This document shows positions 60,346 through 64,000 of a stretch of DNA of 64,000 nucleotides, piece after piece; position 1 is the first letter of the stretch, and each line of letters starts with the position of its first letter. The position numbers and the translations under genes are program-made. This DNA comes from an uncultured Propionibacterium sp. (GTDB lineage Bacteria > Actinomycetota > Actinomycetes > Propionibacteriales > Propionibacteriaceae). Location of the stretch: positions 6,479 to 70,478 of the forward strand of contig NZ_CAUTOU010000001.1 in assembly GCF_963539965.1 (NCBI RefSeq), written 5' to 3'. Under the pieces are notes generated by a model. That model ran no database searches. It saw nothing but the letters and a program-made list of their open reading frames with translations, and was not told where the DNA came from.

Positions 60346-62159
60346 GAGCGGTCCTGCCAGGACAGCACCAGACCGGTGGCGACGGCGTTGCGCGGGCCCT
60401 CGGTGCCGCGGATGTTGGCACGGCCGGCGACGACGCGGTACTCGCCGAGTGCCTTGGTGACCAGCTGCGGTATCTCGAAGTCGAGGGCCGAGCCGCCGAC
60501 CAGGACGACATGGGCGATGTCGCGCACATTGCGCGTGGGGCTGACGGCGGCGAGGGCGCGGATCGCGTTCGTGACGAAGACGCGCTCCTTGGCCCGGATG
60601 CGCACCTGACGGATGACCTCCAGCGGCTGGCGCAGGGGAAGCGGGACCATGCCCTCGGGGTGGAGAATGACCGTACGCGCGTACAGCTCGGGAGCCAGCG
60701 GCTCGTCGAAGAACTGAACGGTGCCGTCCTCGTGGCGGATGTTGAACAGCGTCTCGACGCGGGCCAGCGGGTAGCGTTTGATGTCCTCGGCGAGGTCGGT
60801 GCCCTCCAGGCCGAGCTCGGAGGCGATGAGCAGGGTCACCATATTGCCGGCGCCGGCCAGATGGATCGAGGTCGCCCTGCTGTCCTCGCCGCGCAGGACC
60901 GAGGCGTCGGTCGAGCCGGCGCCCATGTCGAGGATGGCGATCGGCCTGGAGGTGCCGGGGGTGGTCAGCGCGCCGCGGATGGCCATGTCGGCCTCGACGC
61001 CGCCGACCTCGACGCGGATGCCGAACTGCTCTGTCATGTCCTCGGCGATGCGCTGCATCTGCAGGCGGTCGGCCCTGACCATGACGGCGATGCCGACTGC
61101 CGCCTCGAGCGAGAACTCGCCGGCGAGCCCACCGGTGACGGACTGGGGAACCTGGGTGTCGACGGCGAGCAGATCGGTGATCTGGACGCCCGACGGATCG
61201 CGGTCGGTGAGCCGGCCCATCGTGACGCGGACCTTCTCCATCATGCCGCCGATGTTCGTGCCGGGCTCGCCCTTGATGTCCTGGAGGGAGCCGGCCTGGG
61301 CGCCGACGCGCATGATCTCGTCGGCGCCGGCCTCGACGTCGACGTCGGCGCTGCGCTCGCCGATGAAGCGCAAGGTCCCCGCCGGAATGCGCCGCTCGGT
61401 GACGTCGCCGGCCGGGGTCTTGATGACCACGGCGGAGCGGTTGCCCACCAGAGCGCGCGCCATCGGGACGACCGAAGCGGTCTCGGCCGGGGACAGGTCG
61501 AAGAGCGTGGCGATGCCGTAGGGGTTCGACAGCGTCTCGATCACGCGGCCGGCCCGGGCCACCTCGATCGCCGCCGGCATGCCCACGGGCACCTTGTCGA
61601 TGAGCCTGACCTCATCGATGATGGGCATCTTGCGCTCGAGACGGTTGTTGACGAGCACGCCGTCGTCGAGCTGCAGGATCGCGCCGGTGATCCTCGCGCG
61701 GTCGGCGGCCGCGTTGATCCGCTCGGCCACGGTCTGGAAGCCGTGGGTGCGGTCGGCGATGACGATGTACTGCTCCCCCGCCCGGGCGAGTCCGAGGTCG
61801 TCGATCGAGATCGTCGTGCCGACCGCGACACCGAGCCCGCCGGGGGTCGCCGGGTTGTGCCCGATCATCGTGGACTCGGTGATGACGGTCTCGGAGATCG
61901 TCTCCATGGCCACGTCGCCGATGACCGGCGCTGCCTCGTTGATGCGGATCAGGTCGAGCTGACTGAGCTCGCGACCGGCCCGTTCGAGGGCGACGGTGAG
62001 GGCCTGGAACACGCCCTGGGTGTTCTGGGGCGTGCCCTTGACACCCGTTGTGGGGATGGTCGACGCGGCCAGGAAGCTCGGGGGGGCACCGGCAGGGGCC
62101 TCTGCCAGTGCCACCTCCGTGGTGGCGTTGCCGATGTCGACACCGGCGATGAAGGCCAT
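60342..62159 (-). CDS. pduG: Diol dehydratase reactivase large subunit
   Basis: 605 aa from ATG 62159 (GAGGAG upstream). MAFIAGVDIGNATTEVALA..., INEAAPVIGDVAMETISET, ILDMGAGSTDAS. Confidence 0.92.
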   Translation of the reverse strand: MAFIAGVDIGNATTEVALAEAPAGAPPSFLAASTIPTTGVKGTPQNTQGVFQALTVALERAGRELSQLDLIRINEAAPVIGDVAMETISETVITESTMIGHNPATPGGLGVAVGTTISIDDLGLARAGEQYIVIADRTHGFQTVAERINAAADRARITGAILQLDDGVLVNNRLERKMPIIDEVRLIDKVPVGMPAAIEVARAGRVIETLSNPYGIATLFDLSPAETASVVPMARALVGNRSAVVIKTPAGDVTERRIPAGTLRFIGERSADVDVEAGADEIMRVGAQAGSLQDIKGEPGTNIGGMMEKVRVTMGRLTDRDPSGVQITDLLAVDTQVPQSVTGGLAGEFSLEAAVGIAVMVRADRLQMQRIAEDMTEQFGIRVEVGGVEADMAIRGALTTPGTSRPIAILDMGAGSTDASVLRGEDSRATSIHLAGAGNMVTLLIASELGLEGTDLAEDIKRYPLARVETLFNIRHEDGTVQFFDEPLAPELYARTVILHPEGMVPLPLRQPLEVIRQVRIRAKERVFVTNAIRALAAVSPTRNVRDIAHVVLVGGSALDFEIPQLVTKALGEYRVVAGRANIRGTEGPRNAVATGLVLSWQDRS

Positions 62160-62208
62160 GGGGACGGATCTCCTCGTGATCAGCGACGGGACTTCAACGG
62201 GCGCGGGC

Positions 62209-62745
62209 TCACTCGCTGTCCTTGAGACGACCGCGCTTCTCGTAGACGTCGGCGCCTTCGCGGATGAAGGCCGCATTGATGGTGCAGCCGTAGTCCTTCT
62301 CCAGCTTGTCGGCGATGGCGTACAGCTCGGCCTTGGTCGAACGGTACGGGCGCAGCGCGTCGTAGACCTCGAGCAGCTCGTCGTCGGGGACGGCGATGAG
62401 TTCGGCGGCGCGGCGCATGTTGCGCGCCAGGGCGTCACGGCCGTCCGACTCGGCCACCTGGGCTTGGAGCTCGAGGGTCTGCGGCGCGATGCGGAAGTCA
62501 TCGGCCTTGAGCTCGCCGCTCCTCAGCCTCTCGAAGGAGAAGTCCGAGAACGGGCGGCCGTTGGCGGCCCGGATCTTCTCGGGCGCCTTCTCGCTCAGCG
62601 GGTACTGGGACTTGTCGACGCGATCCGACGACGCCGGGGCGGCGCCGGCGGGGCCGGCGGCCCTCTTGGCGAAGGTCACGTTGTCCTGATTGAGGTTCGC
62701 CATGACCTCGCTCATGATCTGACGGATCAGTTCTTCCGAATCCAT
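62209..62745 (-). CDS. pduE: Diol/glycerol dehydratase small (gamma) subunit
   Basis: 178 aa. N-terminal helix MDSEELIRQIMSEVMANL and an A/P linker, then ...YPLSEK.PE.I....G....D.S.E....G.L...D.RI...TLE.QAQVAE..GR..LA.N..RAAEL. Confidence 0.9.
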   Translation of the reverse strand: MDSEELIRQIMSEVMANLNQDNVTFAKRAAGPAGAAPASSDRVDKSQYPLSEKAPEKIRAANGRPFSDFSFERLRSGELKADDFRIAPQTLELQAQVAESDGRDALARNMRRAAELIAVPDDELLEVYDALRPYRSTKAELYAIADKLEKDYGCTINAAFIREGADVYEKRGRLKDSE

Positions 62746-62753
62746 GGCATCTC

Positions 62754-63440
62754 CTATCGGTACTCGACCCGAAGGGCCTGGGGCTTCTTCTTCGGATCGC
62801 AGAGTCCGGCTTCCTTGATGTGGAACAGGGCGGCGATGGCCTGGTACTTGGGTCGGGCCATCTGGTCGTTGCGCACCGGTACGGGGTCCGGGGACTCGCC
62901 CTTGGCGTAGCGGGCGGCGTTCTTGCCGATCGCGCGGAAGGTTTCCAGGTCGATCAGGGGCGCCTGGCTGAACAGCTCGAGGTTGGACAGCGGGGGCAGG
63001 TCCTTCTGGTGGATGACCGTGGTGCCGCGGGACTGGATGCCGAGGCCGACGCCCGAGCCGGAGTACTCGGCGGCGTCGTGGGCGATGAAGCCCACGTCGG
63101 CCGTGCGGAAGATCCGGATGAAGCGGTAGTTCAGGCCCTCCTCCTCGATGCCGGCGCAGACCTCACGGATCACGTCGGCGTGCGCCAGGTCGATGATCGT
63201 CCTGTCGATGACCCCGCCGAAGGCGGGAGCGAGCGCGATGACGACCTCACGGGGATCGGTGCCGCGCTGGGCGGGACCGTCCTCGGTGATGACCAGTTCC
63301 CGGTCCGAGCCGAACGGCTCAGGGGCCGCGGGCGCCGCGGCCGCGGGGGCCACCGGAACCGGGGCGGCCGCCGGTGTCCGGGCTCCGGCGAACTCGCTGA
63401 CGACCTGCTCGATGATGCTGCGGAGCGTCTTCTCGTCCAT
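62754..63440 (-). CDS. pduD: Diol/glycerol dehydratase medium (beta) subunit
   Basis: 228 aa from ATG 63440. N-terminal helix [17 protein letters not shown] and an Ala/Pro linker, then ...[11 protein letters not shown]......TI..L.H.DV.REV.AGIEEEG...R.IR...T.DV.FIAHDAA..SGSG.G.GIQS.GTTVIH. Confidence 0.9.
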   Translation of the reverse strand: MDEKTLRSIIEQVVSEFAGARTPAAAPVPVAPAAAAPAAPEPFGSDRELVITEDGPAQRGTDPREVVIALAPAFGGVIDRTIIDLAHADVIREVCAGIEEEGLNYRFIRIFRTADVGFIAHDAAEYSGSGVGLGIQSRGTTVIHQKDLPPLSNLELFSQAPLIDLETFRAIGKNAARYAKGESPDPVPVRNDQMARPKYQAIAALFHIKEAGLCDPKKKPQALRVEYR

Positions 63441-63450
63441 GGTGCTCACC

Positions 63451-64000
63451 TCAGATGCTCTCAGGACTGATGGCCTGACGGATGTCCGACAGCCTGGCCC
63501 ACTTCTCGTCACTGATCTGGTAGCCCGTGAGCGGACCGGCGTAGGTGTTGGGGTAGTTGACGGAGCTGATCACATGGAAGTTCTCGTCCAGGATGGCGGA
63601 GGTGTGCAGGTAGTCGCCGGCGACCCGCTGGGTCAGCATGTTGTAGACGTGCTCGGCGACGTCCTCGAAGCCCCCGCGGATGAGGGCGTGAACGATGTCG
63701 ACGCCGGTCAGACCGCGCTTCATGAGATCCTCGGCGGCCTTGAGATCCTCCACCACGTTGCGGGCCGGCATGTCCTGCGAACCGCGGGCGTAGGTGGCGG
63801 CCTCGACCTCCTCGTCGGTGATCTCGGTCAGGCCGAGCTCGCGGAAGATGGCCTGCATGGCACGGGCGGCCTTGTTGCGGGCGCGGACGACCTCCTCCTC
63901 GGTGACGGGCACGAGGCCGCCATCGATCTTGAGGTCGCGCTGGATGACCAGCCAGTCGTCGAAATCGTCGGCGTCCCAGTTGGAGCCGGCGAACATGTTG
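63451..64000 (-). CDS. pduC: Diol/glycerol dehydratase large (alpha) subunit, C-terminal part (5' end outside window)
   Basis: The frame is open to the window edge. ...[29 protein letters not shown]...RNKAARA.QA.F..LGL...[21 protein letters not shown]... and the C-terminal ...YAGP.TGY... match PduC/GldA. Confidence 0.9.
   Translation of the reverse strand, partial: NMFAGSNWDADDFDDWLVIQRDLKIDGGLVPVTEEEVVRARNKAARAMQAIFRELGLTEITDEEVEAATYARGSQDMPARNVVEDLKAAEDLMKRGLTGVDIVHALIRGGFEDVAEHVYNMLTQRVAGDYLHTSAILDENFHVISSVNYPNTYAGPLTGYQISDEKWARLSDIRQAISPESI

Overview
Very GC-rich actinobacterial chromosomal window. The gene content suggests Propionibacteriaceae: a 404-aa PPi-dependent phosphofructokinase, a type-B succinate dehydrogenase/fumarate reductase with cytochrome b558, and a B12-dependent diol dehydratase microcompartment operon. 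This placement is inference only. I count about 60 protein genes, one tRNA-Asn, an FMN riboswitch and a cobalamin-riboswitch-like element. Housekeeping blocks (glnS, tsaC, dnaG, ribDEAH, dgt, dus, sdhCAB, nrtR/nadABC, glyQS, znuACB-zur) alternate with accessory or decaying segments. These segments are: a frameshifted IS110 element (2.0-3.4 kb); an eroding glucarate/galactarate cluster (15-21 kb) with a 5'-truncated dehydratase, a frameshifted garR and half a GntP permease; a Tyr-less integrase remnant plus an FtsX-type ABC exporter (50-54.6 kb); and, on the minus strand, the distal part of a pdu microcompartment operon (54.7-64 kb; pduCDE-GH-shell-eutJ-pduM-like-NOP, cut by the window end). 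The most noteworthy observations are four. (i) A cobalamin-riboswitch-like RNA sits in front of the integrase remnant and ABC exporter, next to the B12-dependent pdu island. (ii) A long-form PduM-like protein carries a complete flavoprotein-like Rossmann domain and an encapsulation-peptide-like N-terminus, in a pdu operon whose visible part lacks pduL/Q/S. (iii) A rhomboid homologue lacks the catalytic His and the TM2 H/N residues. (iv) A strongly diverged sigma-70 paralogue is translationally coupled to an unknown ORF directly downstream of dnaG. I saw no CRISPR array, rRNA or recognisable defence system. All calls come from reading ORF translations, motifs and hairpins by eye; no searches were run.
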